Shown here piece after piece: positions 49,649 to 60,163 of a stretch of 64,000 nt of DNA (the stretch's first letter is position 1; each line of letters starts with the position of its first letter). Both the position numbers and the translations under genes were made by a program. Under the pieces are notes generated by a model. It saw only the letters and a program-made list of their open reading frames with translations. It was not told the DNA's origin and did not search any database. The stretch comes from Candidatus Daviesbacteria bacterium (GTDB lineage: Bacteria > Patescibacteriota > Microgenomatia > Daviesbacterales > UBA10151), in assembly GCA_028687915.1 (NCBI GenBank), contig JAQTZF010000001.1, positions 216,229 to 280,228 on the forward strand, read 5' to 3'.

Positions 49649-49972
49649 ATGAAAATACAAACAGGAGATAGTGTAAAAATATTATTAGGAAAAGACCGGG
49701 GTAAAACTGGAAAGGTTTTACGTGTTTGGACAAAAGAAGATAAGGTGTTGGTTGAAGGAATAAATATGTATAAAAGACATGTTAAAAAAACTGCACAGCA
49801 TGAAGGTGGAATATTAGATATTCCAAAGCAGATTAATATAAGCAACGTAGCTTTTATGTGTCCTGAATGTAAAAAGCCAACCAGGATTGGTATGAAAATT
49901 GAAGCAGATACAAAATATCGATTTTGTAAAAAATGTAAAGAAAAAATAGTAGTTAAAAAGGAGAAAAAATAA
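49649..49972 (+). CDS. rplX: 50S ribosomal protein L24
   Basis: KOW GDSVKILLGKDRGKTGKV, VEGIN. Confidence 0.99.
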   Translation: MKIQTGDSVKILLGKDRGKTGKVLRVWTKEDKVLVEGINMYKRHVKKTAQHEGGILDIPKQINISNVAFMCPECKKPTRIGMKIEADTKYRFCKKCKEKIVVKKEKK

Positions 49973-49975
49973 GCA

Positions 49976-50533
49976 ATGTCTAGATTAAGAGATAAATATA
50001 AAAAAGAAGTACTGCCAAAATTAAAAGAAGAGTATGGAATTAAAAATCAGATGGCTGTGCCAAGCTTAAAAAAGATTGTTATTAATGTTGGTATGGGAGA
50101 CGCAAAAGATAATAAAGAAATAGCTGCAAAAGTAGTGGATAATTTAACTGCTTTAGCTGGTCAAAAACCAGTAACTACTGTTGCAAAGCAATCAATTGCA
50201 GGTTTTAAATTGGGAAAAGGCAATCCAATTGGTGCAATGGTAACTTTACGAGGTGAAAGAATGTATGACTTTTTAGATAAATTAATTAGTATTGTATTAC
50301 CTAAGGTAAGAGATTTTCGGGGAATTTCTAATACATCTTTTGACTCACGAGGTAATTATACTTTGGGTTTACCAGAACAAACTATTTTTCCTGAAATTAC
50401 CTTCCAAAATGAAGCATTAGGGAGTAAAATAAGAGGCTTGGAGATTTCTATTGTTGGGAATGCTAAAACTATGGATCAGGGAAAAAAATTATTAGAACTT
50501 TTAGGCATGCCTTTTAAAAAGGAGATTAAATAA
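49976..50533 (+). CDS. rplE: 50S ribosomal protein L5
   Basis: [27 protein letters not shown]. Confidence 0.99.
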   Translation: MSRLRDKYKKEVLPKLKEEYGIKNQMAVPSLKKIVINVGMGDAKDNKEIAAKVVDNLTALAGQKPVTTVAKQSIAGFKLGKGNPIGAMVTLRGERMYDFLDKLISIVLPKVRDFRGISNTSFDSRGNYTLGLPEQTIFPEITFQNEALGSKIRGLEISIVGNAKTMDQGKKLLELLGMPFKKEIK

Positions 50534-50536
50534 CTT

Positions 50537-50716
50537 ATGGCAAAAACAAGTAATGTCGTTAAAGCAAAAGAGAAGTATCCAGTCAGGTATCATTCCAGAT
50601 GTCAAAGATGTGGAAGATCCAGATTCGTTTATAGAAAATTTGGTTTATGCAGACTTTGTTTTAGGGAACTTGCTAATTTAGGACAATTGCCAGGAGTAAA
50701 GAAATCGAGTTGGTAA
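50537..50716 (+). CDS. rpsN: 30S ribosomal protein S14, Zn-binding type (absent from ORF track)
   Basis: Manual translation [59 protein letters not shown]. Confidence 0.98.
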   Translation: MAKTSNVVKAKEKYPVRYHSRCQRCGRSRFVYRKFGLCRLCFRELANLGQLPGVKKSSW

Positions 50717-50722
50717 AAATAT

Positions 50723-51097
50723 ATGGATAAAGTTGGAGATTTATTAATTAGAATAAAAAATGGATATATGGCCCGCTTACTTGAGGTGTCTGCACCATAC
50801 TCAAAATTAAGCAGCGCAATATGTAAGTTGTTAAAAGAAGAAGGTTTTATTGAAGATTTCAAAGCTGGAGAACGAGACATTACTATTACCTTAAAATATG
50901 ACGACAGAAAGCCAGTCTTAACTAATGTTAAAAGAATTTCAAAGCCAGGTAAAAGAGTATATAAAGCCAGCAAACTTATTCCACGAGTTTACAATGGTTA
51001 TGGGTTTGCTATTATTTCAACACCAAAAGGTATCTTATCTGATAAACAGGCACGAAAGGAGGGCGTAGGCGGAGAAATCATGGCTTACGTGTGGTAA
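50723..51097 (+). CDS. rpsH: 30S ribosomal protein S8
   Basis: DLLIRIKNG, RISKPGKRVY, STPKG, GGEI. Confidence 0.99.
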   Translation: MDKVGDLLIRIKNGYMARLLEVSAPYSKLSSAICKLLKEEGFIEDFKAGERDITITLKYDDRKPVLTNVKRISKPGKRVYKASKLIPRVYNGYGFAIISTPKGILSDKQARKEGVGGEIMAYVW

Positions 51098-51099
51098 AT

Positions 51100-51657
51100 A
51101 TGTCAAGAATAGGTGATGCACCCATTACAATTCCAAATGGCGTAAATATTGAAATAACACCTTCCAAGGTAACTGCTACTGGTCCTTTGGGTGAGCTTAC
51201 TATGGAATATCTACCTAAAGTTAAGGTTGAAGTTGTGGACAATCAGGTTATTGTAAAGCGTAAACACGAAGATAAATTTTCTAAATCTTTACATGGTTTA
51301 ACCAGATCTTTAATAAATAATATGGTTATTGGAGTAGAAAAAGGTTGGGAGAAAAAATTAGAATTAGTTGGAGTAGGATATCGAGCAAACGCAGCAGGAG
51401 AGAAACTTAATTTAGCAGTTGGTTATTCTCATCCAGTAGAAATTACAATGCCAGAAGGAATTAAATTTGCAGTAACTGATAATACTAAAATTACACTCTC
51501 TGGAATTGATAAAATAAAAGTTGGACAAATTGCTGCTAAGATAAGAGACGTTCGACCTCCTGAACCTTATAAGGGTAAGGGAATTAGATACACCGGTGAA
51601 TATATAAGACGAAAAGCTGGAAAAGCTGGAAAGGTTGGAGCAGGAGCAGCTAAATAA
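51100..51657 (+). CDS. rplF: 50S ribosomal protein L6
   Basis: MSRIG, GVGYRA, RPPEPYKGKGIRY. Confidence 0.99.
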   Translation: MSRIGDAPITIPNGVNIEITPSKVTATGPLGELTMEYLPKVKVEVVDNQVIVKRKHEDKFSKSLHGLTRSLINNMVIGVEKGWEKKLELVGVGYRANAAGEKLNLAVGYSHPVEITMPEGIKFAVTDNTKITLSGIDKIKVGQIAAKIRDVRPPEPYKGKGIRYTGEYIRRKAGKAGKVGAGAAK

Positions 51658-51675
51658 GCACTGCTTTATACAGAT

Positions 51676-52008
51676 ATGAAAGCTCGACAAAGAAGACATT
51701 ATAAAATTAGAAAAAGCGTTATTGGTACCTCTGAGTGCCCAAGATTGAGTGTGTTTCGTTCAAATGCTCATATTTATGCTCAAATCATTGATGATGGTAA
51801 AGGTCAAACATTAGTTGCAGGTTCTGATATTAAATCAGATAAAAAGGTTAAAAAAGCAGACCGAGCATATGAAATTGGTAAAAAATTAGCAGAGGATGCT
51901 TTGAAAAAAGGTATTAAAAAAGTAGTTTTTGATCGTGGTGGATTTTTATATCATGGAAGAGTAGCTAAGGTAGCAGATGGCGCTAGAGAAGGAGGGTTAG
52001 TATTCTAA
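51676..52008 (+). CDS. rplR: 50S ribosomal protein L18
   Basis: PRLSVFRSNAHIYAQIIDD, VFDRGGFLYHGRV. Confidence 0.99.
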   Translation: MKARQRRHYKIRKSVIGTSECPRLSVFRSNAHIYAQIIDDGKGQTLVAGSDIKSDKKVKKADRAYEIGKKLAEDALKKGIKKVVFDRGGFLYHGRVAKVADGAREGGLVF

Positions 52009-52502
52009 TGCATCCCGAATATCAACAATCTGAATATTTAGAAAAGGTAGTACAAGTTAACAGAGTTTCTAAGAAGACTAAGGGTGGAGATAAAAGATCT
52101 TTATCTGTTATTGTGGTTGTGGGTGACCGTAAAGGTAAAGTTGGGGTTGGTCTTGGTAAGGCAGCTGATGTACAGTCTGCAGTTAAGAAAGCAACTTCAT
52201 ATGCCAAAAAACATTTGATAACTGTTCCTATGGTTGATGAAAGAACTATACCTCATGAAATAAACATAAAATTAGGAGCAGCAAGAGTAATGTTAAAACC
52301 TGCTAAAGCCGGAACTGGTATTATTGCAGGAGGAGCAGTAAGGGTTGTAGTTGAAGCTGCTGGAATTTCTGATATTGTTTCAAAAATATTGGGCACAAAG
52401 AATCAGGCTTCAAATGTTTATGCAACCTTAGAAGCGCTTTCCAGATTACACCAAGTAAAAGAAAAACATGAGAAAACATCAGAAAAGAAGGCTAAAGAAT
52501 GA
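52008..52502 (+). CDS. rpsE: 30S ribosomal protein S5
   Basis: NRVSKKTKGG, VVVGD, GTGIIAGG. Confidence 0.99.
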   Translation: MHPEYQQSEYLEKVVQVNRVSKKTKGGDKRSLSVIVVVGDRKGKVGVGLGKAADVQSAVKKATSYAKKHLITVPMVDERTIPHEINIKLGAARVMLKPAKAGTGIIAGGAVRVVVEAAGISDIVSKILGTKNQASNVYATLEALSRLHQVKEKHEKTSEKKAKE

Positions 52503-52939
52503 AATTAAATAATTTACTAAAAGTTAGTGCTAGAAGCAAAAAAATAGTTGGAAGAGGTATTGGTTCTGGTAAAGGAAAACAAGCAGGCAGAGGTACCAAA
52601 GGACAAAAAGCCAGAGGTAAAATTCCTGCTGGATTTATTGGAGGTACTCTTCCTTTATATAAAAAATTACCTTACAATCGTGGTCAACGTAATATGAAAT
52701 CCCGTTCCGTAGCATTGGCTGTTACTTTAACCAGATTAAGTGTTTTTAAAAGTGGAGCAGATATAGATATGCAAGCTTTAATTGATAATAAGATTATAAG
52801 CAGTGTGGATGCTAAAAAAAGAGGAGCTAAAATTGTAGGTATAGGTGAAGTTCCTACCAAGCTAACAATTAAAGTGCCTATTAGTGCAGGTGCTGCCAAG
52901 ATAATAGAGACTGCTGGAGGAACGGTGGTCCGTGGATAA
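52499..52939 (+). CDS. rplO: 50S ribosomal protein L15
   Basis: [22 protein letters not shown]. Confidence 0.98.
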   Translation: MKLNNLLKVSARSKKIVGRGIGSGKGKQAGRGTKGQKARGKIPAGFIGGTLPLYKKLPYNRGQRNMKSRSVALAVTLTRLSVFKSGADIDMQALIDNKIISSVDAKKRGAKIVGIGEVPTKLTIKVPISAGAAKIIETAGGTVVRG

Positions 52940-54218
52940 TATCCTGGCCCCAATAATAAATTCCTTCAAAATTCCTGAGTTACGTCGAAAAATAATTATT
53001 ACCACAGTTATAGTTATTGTTTATAGGATTGCCTCACATATTCCTATTAGTGGAGTAAATTTACAAGCCCTGCAATCTCTTTTTAATAGTAATCAAATGT
53101 TGGGTCTTTTGGATATTTTTTCAGGTGGTGCTTTAGTTAACTTCTCTCTATTATCATTAGGATTAAATCCATATATTAATGCTTCAATTATTCTTCAGTT
53201 ATTAACTATGGTTATTCCATCGCTTGAGGCTTTATCAAAAGAAGGTGAATATGGAAGACAAAAGATTAATCAATATACTAGATATTTAACAATACCATTG
53301 GCTTTAGTACAAGCGATTGGAATGTTTACTTTATTAAAGAATCAGGGAATTGTTGTAGATTCTTCTGCTATTTCAATATTTGCAATTATTATTACTATGT
53401 CAGCTGGGACTATTTTGGCTATGTGGTTGGGAGAATTGATAACAGAGTATGGTATAGGAAATGGGATTTCTCTCTTAATTTTTGTTGGTATTGTATCCCG
53501 TGCGCCAATTGCATTTTTTCAGACAATATCTGTTGTTGATCAACAACAGATATTGAATTTATTAATTTTTGGAGCGTTGGCAATTGCTGTTACTGCAGGA
53601 ATAGTTTTTATAAATGAAGGCAGAAGACAAATTATGATTCAATATGCCAGGCGTTTTGTTGGTGGAAGAGAAGTGGGTGGATCTTTTACCTATTTGCCAC
53701 TTCGGGTAAATCAGGCCGGTGTTATTCCAATTATCTTTGCAGTTTCTTTAGTTCTTGTTCCAAGTTTTGGGGGTCAATATTTATCACAAGCAAATAACTT
53801 ACAATTGCAAAGTATTGGTAGATGGTTAGCTATAAACTTTAATGCTCAATCAATTGCTTATAATATAACCTATTTTCTGTTAGTAATTGGTTTTACTTAT
53901 TTTTATACAGCAGTAATTTTTAATCCAGTTAAGATAGCAGAAGATATTAAAAAATCAGGTGCTTTCATTGCTGGAATCAGGCCGGGAACTGCCACCGCTG
54001 CTTATTTAAATTATATTTTAGTAAGAATTACTTTGGCTGGAGCAGTATTCTTAGGAGCAGTTGCTATCTTACCTTCATTAGTTTCACAAGCAACAGGTTT
54101 ACAAACTTTGGCGGTAGGAGGGACTGGTATTTTAATTGTTGTATCAGTAGTACTGGATACAGCAAAACAATTTGAAAGTAAGTTAGTTGAACGAAATTAT
54201 CAGGGGTTCTTAAAATAA
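52932..54218 (+). CDS. secY: Preprotein translocase SecY
   Basis: [47 protein letters not shown]. Confidence 0.99.
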   Translation: MDNILAPIINSFKIPELRRKIIITTVIVIVYRIASHIPISGVNLQALQSLFNSNQMLGLLDIFSGGALVNFSLLSLGLNPYINASIILQLLTMVIPSLEALSKEGEYGRQKINQYTRYLTIPLALVQAIGMFTLLKNQGIVVDSSAISIFAIIITMSAGTILAMWLGELITEYGIGNGISLLIFVGIVSRAPIAFFQTISVVDQQQILNLLIFGALAIAVTAGIVFINEGRRQIMIQYARRFVGGREVGGSFTYLPLRVNQAGVIPIIFAVSLVLVPSFGGQYLSQANNLQLQSIGRWLAINFNAQSIAYNITYFLLVIGFTYFYTAVIFNPVKIAEDIKKSGAFIAGIRPGTATAAYLNYILVRITLAGAVFLGAVAILPSLVSQATGLQTLAVGGTGILIVVSVVLDTAKQFESKLVERNYQGFLK

Positions 54219-54220
54219 TT

Positions 54221-54775
54221 ATGAACGATTTTCCTTATAAAAAAATTATGATGGTTGGACCACAAGGTAGTGGTAAAACAACACAGGCAAAAATTTTGGC
54301 TGAAAAGCTGGGATATAAATATTTGGGAACAGGAGAAATGTTTCGTGAAATTATTCAGAAAAAAGAACCAGGATTTGAACAGTTGGTTGAGCTATTCGAA
54401 AAAGGCCAGTTGGTTGATGACCAAACAACCTGTGAATTAGTAAAAAGTACTTTAAATAAACCAGAGTATCAAGATGGAGTAGTAATTGATGGTTATCCAA
54501 GAACTGTAGCCCAAAAAAATATTTTTGATCCTGGTTTTGATATTATTCTTTATATTAAAGTGGCAGACGAGATTGCAATTCAAAGATTGTCCTCTAGAGG
54601 AAGAGCTGATGATACACCTGAAGCAATTGAAAAAAGATTAGACATATATCACCATGAAACAGGACCTCTTTTAGATATTTTTTTGAATGAAGGAAAATTG
54701 TGGGTAGTTGATGGTGAACAATCTGTTGAAGCAGTTACAAAACAAATTTTTAAACGCTTAGGTATTAACTTCTAA
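54221..54775 (+). CDS. adk: Adenylate kinase (short LID)
   Basis: GPQGSGKTTQA, DGYPRT, RGRADD. Confidence 0.95.
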   Translation: MNDFPYKKIMMVGPQGSGKTTQAKILAEKLGYKYLGTGEMFREIIQKKEPGFEQLVELFEKGQLVDDQTTCELVKSTLNKPEYQDGVVIDGYPRTVAQKNIFDPGFDIILYIKVADEIAIQRLSSRGRADDTPEAIEKRLDIYHHETGPLLDIFLNEGKLWVVDGEQSVEAVTKQIFKRLGINF

Positions 54776-54776
54776 T

Positions 54777-55562
54777 ATGGGAAAAAAGAGTAAATCAAAA
54801 ACAGGTGGAGTTTCTCTAAGATCCCCAGAGGAAATTGCTAACTTAAAAATCAGCGGTAAGATTACCGCCCTTGCTTTAAAAAAAGCAATTGAAGAAGCGC
54901 GTGTTGGAATGAGTCTAATTGAATTAGATAAAATTGCAGAAGAAGAGATCTTAAAATTAGGAGGGCAATCATCTTTCAAAACTGTACCAGGTTATTTTTG
55001 GACCACTTGTCTAACAATTAATGATGAAGTAGTTCATGGAACACCACGCGACATAAAATTAAATGATGGTGATGTTTTGAATATTGATTTAGGTGCAATA
55101 TATAAAGGTTGGCATACTGATGCTGCCTGGACTATAGTTGTTGGTAAAAGTTCTCCTGATAAGGATAAGTTTTTAAAAATTGGTGAACAAACTCTTTGGA
55201 ATGCAATTGAACAAGCAAAGGTAGGGAATCAAATTGGGGATATTTCTGCAACCATTGCCCAGGGTGTAGAAACAGGTGGGTATAGTGTGGTCAGGAGTTT
55301 ATCTGGTCATGGCGTTGGAAGAAAGCCACATGAAGAACCAACTATTCCTGGTTTTGGAAAGTTTAAAACAGGAATGGTTTTAAAATCAGGGATGAGTTTA
55401 GCTATAGAAGTAATCTATCTTCAGGGTAAAGATGGCCTTTATCAAAAGGAAGATAACTGGACTTTAGCCTCAATGGATGGATCTTTGGGTGGTTTATTTG
55501 AGATGAGCGTTATCATACAAAACCAAAAAGCTGATGTTCTAACTGATTGGAGGAACGTATAG
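54777..55562 (+). CDS. map: Methionine aminopeptidase type I
   Basis: NDEVVHG, DLGAIYKGWHTDAA, GHGVG..HEEP, AIE. Confidence 0.97.
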   Translation: MGKKSKSKTGGVSLRSPEEIANLKISGKITALALKKAIEEARVGMSLIELDKIAEEEILKLGGQSSFKTVPGYFWTTCLTINDEVVHGTPRDIKLNDGDVLNIDLGAIYKGWHTDAAWTIVVGKSSPDKDKFLKIGEQTLWNAIEQAKVGNQIGDISATIAQGVETGGYSVVRSLSGHGVGRKPHEEPTIPGFGKFKTGMVLKSGMSLAIEVIYLQGKDGLYQKEDNWTLASMDGSLGGLFEMSVIIQNQKADVLTDWRNV

Positions 55563-55565
55563 TAT

Positions 55566-55588
55566 TGAGTTGAAGTTTCTTCAACTCA
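55566..55588. repeat. Perfect 10-bp inverted repeat
   Basis: tgagttgaag-ttt-cttcaactca. Confidence 0.7.
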
Positions 55589-55593
55589 TAGTC

Positions 55594-55622
55594 TTGTAAT
55601 TTGAGGCTATTTTTGTTAAAAT
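55594..55622 (+). promoter_or_regulatory. infA-alpha operon promoter
   Basis: TTGTAA-17 nt-TAAAAT with TGn extension. Confidence 0.6.
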
Positions 55623-55631
55623 TATAAATCG

Positions 55632-55874
55632 ATGGATCAAGAGACGATTGAGGTTGAAGGAAAGATAACAGAGGTTCTGCCAAATACCTTATTTAGGGTG
55701 GAGATTGATCGGGCGCCTGATTTGCCAGAGATAGTAGGAAGGGTTATTTTAGCCCATATCTCAGGTAAAATGAGGCTACATTATATAAAACTCTTAACAG
55801 GGGATAGGGTTAGAATGGAAATGAGTCCAAAATATGATCTGACGAAAGCCAGAATCACATTTAGATTAAAGTAA
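55632..55874 (+). CDS. infA: Translation initiation factor IF-1
   Basis: [33 protein letters not shown]. Confidence 0.98.
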   Translation: MDQETIEVEGKITEVLPNTLFRVEIDRAPDLPEIVGRVILAHISGKMRLHYIKLLTGDRVRMEMSPKYDLTKARITFRLK

Positions 55875-55878
55875 AAAC

Positions 55879-55995
55879 ATGAAAGTACAAGCAAGTATAA
55901 AAAAAAGATGTAAATTTTGTGAAGTTGTTAAACGTGAAGGCGTTTTGTTTGTGATCTGTTCCCGTGACCCACGTCATAAGCAACGTCAAGGATAA
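55879..55995 (+). CDS. rpmJ: 50S ribosomal protein L36 (absent from ORF track)
   Basis: Manual translation [38 protein letters not shown]. Confidence 0.98.
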   Translation: MKVQASIKKRCKFCEVVKREGVLFVICSRDPRHKQRQG

Positions 55996-55998
55996 TTT

Positions 55999-56376
55999 AT
56001 GAGAATAGCTGGAGTAAACTTACCTGATAATAAAAGATTAGACATAGGACTTACCTACCTTTATGGTATAGGTCGATCAAACGTCTCACAAGTCATTAAA
56101 GAAACAGGAATTGATGAAACTAAAAGAATTAAAGATTTAACAGAAGAAGAGGTAGGAAAATTACAAAAAGCTTTAGATAAAATAAAAATAGAGGGAGATT
56201 TAAGACAAGAAGAAAACCAAAATATTAAAAGACTGGAAGAAATTGGAACTTACAGAGGAATTAGACACAGAAAAGGTTTGCCATCCAGAGGTCAAAGGAC
56301 AAGATCAAATGCCAGAACAAAAAGAGGTAAAAGAAAAACAGTCGGTACAACTAAAAAAGAAGAGGGTAAAAAATAA
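55999..56376 (+). CDS. rpsM: 30S ribosomal protein S13
   Basis: RIAGVNLP, YRGIRHRKGLPSRGQRTRSNART. Confidence 0.99.
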   Translation: MRIAGVNLPDNKRLDIGLTYLYGIGRSNVSQVIKETGIDETKRIKDLTEEEVGKLQKALDKIKIEGDLRQEENQNIKRLEEIGTYRGIRHRKGLPSRGQRTRSNARTKRGKRKTVGTTKKEEGKK

Positions 56377-56408
56377 TAAGTAAAGCATAAAATTTTAAAA
56401 ACAAAAAT

Positions 56409-56816
56409 ATGAAACAACAAATTAAAAAATCAAAAACACCAGTCAAAAGCAAAAAAGCAGTTGTAAAAGAAGTAACCTCAGGTAGGGTTTATGTGACTGC
56501 TACTTTTAATAATACTTTAATTACTGTAACTGATAATAAAGGAGATACTATTGCCTGGAGTTCTGCTGGAGCTTCTGGTTTTAAAGGAGCTAGAAAATCT
56601 ACCCCATTTGCTGCTATTACTGCTGTTGAAAAAGTTGCAGCTAAAGCAAAATCAATGGGTATGACTTCAGCTGAAGTTTATATTAAAGGACCTGGCTCTG
56701 GAAGAGATGCAGCTATTCGTGCCCTCAAGTCTGCAGGACTTAATATTACAATGATCGCTGATGTAACTCCTGTTCCACACAACGGAACAAGAGCAAAGAA
56801 AAAGAGGAGAGTATAA
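56409..56816 (+). CDS. rpsK: 30S ribosomal protein S11
   Basis: [27 protein letters not shown]. Confidence 0.99.
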   Translation: MKQQIKKSKTPVKSKKAVVKEVTSGRVYVTATFNNTLITVTDNKGDTIAWSSAGASGFKGARKSTPFAAITAVEKVAAKAKSMGMTSAEVYIKGPGSGRDAAIRALKSAGLNITMIADVTPVPHNGTRAKKKRRV

Positions 56817-56817
56817 A

Positions 56818-57420
56818 ATGGCAAGATATACAGGACCAAAAAGAAGATTAAGCAGACGAGAAGGTGTAGCACTTTTTGCTAAAGACACTGCTTTTATTGA
56901 AAGAAAAGGAATTATAATTCCAGGATTTCATGGTACAAGACGTGCACGCAAGCAATCAGAGTATGGTATTCAACTTCGTGAAAAACAAAAAGCAAAAAGA
57001 ATGTATGGATTATTAGAAAAACAATTTGCAAATTATTTTACTAAAGCCAGCAGGTCTAAAGGCAATACAGGAGAAAAGTTACTTTCTTTACTTGAAACAA
57101 GGCTAGATAACGTAATTTATCGTCTAGGATTTTCTACTTCCCGTGCTGGTGCCAGACAAACTGTTTCCCATGGACATGTCATGGTAGATAACAAAAAAGT
57201 TAACATTCCATCGTTTCAAGTGAAGTTAGGATCAACTGTTGCTATTTTAGGAAAAATGTCGGATAATACTCAAGTTCGTAAGAGTTTATCTTCGAATGAC
57301 ACCTTGCCGGAGTGGCTTGAAAGAAAAGCTACAGTTGGCAAGGTTTTACGATTGCCTAAACGCGACGAAATGGAACAAGGAATAAACGAACAATTAATAG
57401 TAGAATATTATAGTAGATAA
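56818..57420 (+). CDS. rpsD: 30S ribosomal protein S4
   Basis: MARYTGP, QLREKQK, LETRLDNV, LIVEYYSR. Confidence 0.99.
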   Translation: MARYTGPKRRLSRREGVALFAKDTAFIERKGIIIPGFHGTRRARKQSEYGIQLREKQKAKRMYGLLEKQFANYFTKASRSKGNTGEKLLSLLETRLDNVIYRLGFSTSRAGARQTVSHGHVMVDNKKVNIPSFQVKLGSTVAILGKMSDNTQVRKSLSSNDTLPEWLERKATVGKVLRLPKRDEMEQGINEQLIVEYYSR

Positions 57421-57421
57421 C

Positions 57422-58333
57422 ATGTTAAATTTTAAAATTAAAACAATTGAAGAAAGTAAAACAAATGGCATCTTTGAGATGGAGCCGTTAGAGCGTGGTT
57501 TTGGACATACTGTTGCAAACTGCTTAAGACGTGTTCTTTTATCAGCCTTACCAGGATCTGCAATTTCAACTGTAAAGATTGATGGAGTTTCCCATCAGTT
57601 CTCAACAGTTACCGGAGTTTCAGAAGATGTTATTCAAATTATCTTAAACTTAAAACAAGTTAGAATTAAAATGTTTTCTGATGCACCTATTAAACTCACC
57701 TTAAAAGCATCTGGTAAAAAAGAAGTTACTGCTAAGGATATTGAAGTATTAGGTGGAGGAGAAATAGTCAATCCTGATTTACACATTGCTTCATTAACTA
57801 CACCTTCAGCTAAATTAAATATTGAGATGACAGCTGAAAAGGGTGTTGGATATATTGGAGCAGACGAAAAGAAAACTCAGGAAATTGGTGTAATGCCAAT
57901 TGATTCAATATTTACTCCAGTAGTATCTGTTACTTATAGAGTAGAACCAACCAGGGTTGGACGAAGTTCTAACTTTGATAAATTAATTTTAGATATTAAA
58001 ACTGATGGAACAATTGCTCCATTAGAAGCCTTAAATCAATCAGCTGCAGTTTTAAGTACATATTTCAAACAAATTTTTGCACCAACCTTTGATGGTGAAG
58101 AAATAACAGCAGAACCAGCTGTTTCTGAGGATGCCTTAAAAATGAGTGTTGAAGAACTTGACTTACCAGTTCGTATTACAAATGCATTAAAAGCTGTTGA
58201 AATAAATACAGTTGGAGAATTAATTACTACTCCAAGAGCTACTTTATTAAAAGCTAAAAACCTTGGTGTGCAATCTTTAACGTTAATTTCTGAAAAGTTA
58301 ACAGAAAGGGGTTTAACCTTAAGTGAGGCATAA
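57422..58333 (+). CDS. rpoA: RNA polymerase alpha subunit
   Basis: EPLERGFGHT, LRRVLLS, IDSIFTPV, TRVG, alpha-CTD. Confidence 0.99.
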   Translation: MLNFKIKTIEESKTNGIFEMEPLERGFGHTVANCLRRVLLSALPGSAISTVKIDGVSHQFSTVTGVSEDVIQIILNLKQVRIKMFSDAPIKLTLKASGKKEVTAKDIEVLGGGEIVNPDLHIASLTTPSAKLNIEMTAEKGVGYIGADEKKTQEIGVMPIDSIFTPVVSVTYRVEPTRVGRSSNFDKLILDIKTDGTIAPLEALNQSAAVLSTYFKQIFAPTFDGEEITAEPAVSEDALKMSVEELDLPVRITNALKAVEINTVGELITTPRATLLKAKNLGVQSLTLISEKLTERGLTLSEA

Positions 58334-58784
58334 TGTTTATGGTAAACACCTTGGTAGAGATAAAAATCAACGAACCGCTCTTTTTAGAGGATTAATCCGC
58401 TCGCTTGTTTTGGAAGGTTCAATAGTCACTACAGAGGCTAAAGTTAAAGCAATCAAAGGTTTAGTAGATAAACTTTTTACCAAAGCAAAAAAAGGTGATC
58501 AAGCCTCACAAAACGTAATCACTAAAACTATTCCTCAAAAAGAAGTTGCTAAAAAGATCATGGAACTTTCTAAAACTATGAAGACTAGAAATTCAGGTTT
58601 TTGTGAAACAGTTAGATTAGGTGAAAGACAAGGGGATGGAGCAATGTTGATGAAGATGAGTATAATTTCTGAGAAATCAGTAAAACCAGAAAAGTCAGAA
58701 GATGAAGAAGTTAAAGTAGAAGAACCTGAGAAAAAAGAAAAAGCAGTAAAAGCAAAAGCTGTAAAGAAAGTGAATAAAAAATAA
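58323..58784 (+). CDS. rplQ: 50S ribosomal protein L17
   Basis: MRH..LGR..QRTAL, TTEAKVK, RQGDGA. Confidence 0.98.
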   Translation: MRHNVYGKHLGRDKNQRTALFRGLIRSLVLEGSIVTTEAKVKAIKGLVDKLFTKAKKGDQASQNVITKTIPQKEVAKKIMELSKTMKTRNSGFCETVRLGERQGDGAMLMKMSIISEKSVKPEKSEDEEVKVEEPEKKEKAVKAKAVKKVNKK

Positions 58785-59224
58785 TGTCAACAAACGCATT
58801 AAAAGCATCTGATATAAAAAGAGACTGGCATCTTATTGATGCTAAAGGAAAAATTTTAGGTAGACTAGCTACAGAAATTGCTACTATTTTAATGGGTAAA
58901 AATAAGCCAAATTATGTACCATATCTTGATAGTGGTGACTATGTTGTTGTAACAAATGCCAAGTTAGTTAAAGTAACAGGCCAAAAAGAAACTCAAAAAG
59001 TTTATACAAGACATTCAGGTTATCCAGGAGGTTTAAGGCAGGAAACATTAGCTAAACTTCGTGCCAGAAAACCAGAAGAAATAATTAAGCATGCAGTCAA
59101 AGGAATGATTCCTAAAACTAAATTAGGTGCAGACATGATTGCAAAATTACATATATATGCTTCTGTTACTCATCCATATGCCAAGAACTTTACAAAAATA
59201 GAGGAGAGCGAAAATGCCAAATAA
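58784..59224 (+). CDS. rplM: 50S ribosomal protein L13
   Basis: WHLIDA..LGRLA, DSGDYVVV, HSGYPGG. Confidence 0.99.
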   Translation: MSTNALKASDIKRDWHLIDAKGKILGRLATEIATILMGKNKPNYVPYLDSGDYVVVTNAKLVKVTGQKETQKVYTRHSGYPGGLRQETLAKLRARKPEEIIKHAVKGMIPKTKLGADMIAKLHIYASVTHPYAKNFTKIEESENAK

Positions 59225-59612
59225 AGTACCAGTTCAAACCACAGGTAGAAGAAGAGAAGCTGTAGCCAGGGTTAGAGTAATGGAAGGAAACAGCCAAATT
59301 ATTGTTAATGGTAAGTCAATCAATGAGCGATTTGGTGGACTTATTATGCAAAGAGCATATCAAAGACCATTTGAAGTGACTAAGTCTATCGGTAAGTATA
59401 CTGCAACTTGTAAAGTAGTAGGCGGTGGACAAATGGGACAATTAGATGCAATAGTTCATGGAATAGCCAGATCTTTAGCTAAAATCTCACCAGAATTTAA
59501 AGACGCTGTTAAAGATGCAGGTCTTTTAACCAGAGATCCAAGAGCCCGTGAAAGAAGAAAGATTGGTTTAGCTCATGGAGCCAGAGCCAAGAAACAGTCT
59601 CCAAAGCGATAA
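59214..59612 (+). CDS. rpsI: 30S ribosomal protein S9
   Basis: GRRREAVARV, GGGQMGQ, LTRDPRARERRK. Confidence 0.99.
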   Translation: MPNKVPVQTTGRRREAVARVRVMEGNSQIIVNGKSINERFGGLIMQRAYQRPFEVTKSIGKYTATCKVVGGGQMGQLDAIVHGIARSLAKISPEFKDAVKDAGLLTRDPRARERRKIGLAHGARAKKQSPKR

Positions 59613-59697
59613 AACACCCAGTATTAAATAACCAAGATGGTTATTGTATGAAAATTCACAGATATTTTTAGATTGTTGTTCTAAAATAAGGCTAGAT

Positions 59698-60099
59698 ATG
59701 GGTGGAGAAAGAATAAAACCATTAATTCTGGCGGTTAATAAAGATCCAGACATATTAACCCTAATTACCATGGTACTTGAGGAAAATTATAGAATCATTG
59801 AAGCTAGAAGTGGGCTGGAAGGTTTAGATTTTGCTCAGCGTTGCCCTTTGGTTAAAACAATTATTGTAGATGTTTATGAGTCAGAATTAGGTGGATTAAA
59901 TATAATAGACATTCTGGGGGTTTTACCAGAGTCTAAGAAAATACCTCTTCTCCTTATGGGTGCTGATAAAAAATTTCTTGATATATGGGAACAAAGACCA
60001 CGAACAGATACCAGAATGATAGAGTGTCTAGATATGCCTTTTAACCTGCAGGATTTGAATAATAAACTTGATAGTCTGATAAATCCAAAACTTATCTAA
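59698..60099 (+). CDS. Atypical (pseudo-)receiver domain protein
   Basis: LILAVNKDP, IIVDV, IPLLLMG, LDMPF: CheY fold with acidic pocket, Thr and Lys substituted; start uncertain. Confidence 0.75.
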   Translation: MGGERIKPLILAVNKDPDILTLITMVLEENYRIIEARSGLEGLDFAQRCPLVKTIIVDVYESELGGLNIIDILGVLPESKKIPLLLMGADKKFLDIWEQRPRTDTRMIECLDMPFNLQDLNNKLDSLINPKLI

Positions 60100-60163
60100 T
60101 TAATCCTGCTTTTAATAAACATATAGCTTTATAGAAGCTTAGATGGTAATATACATCCCAATT

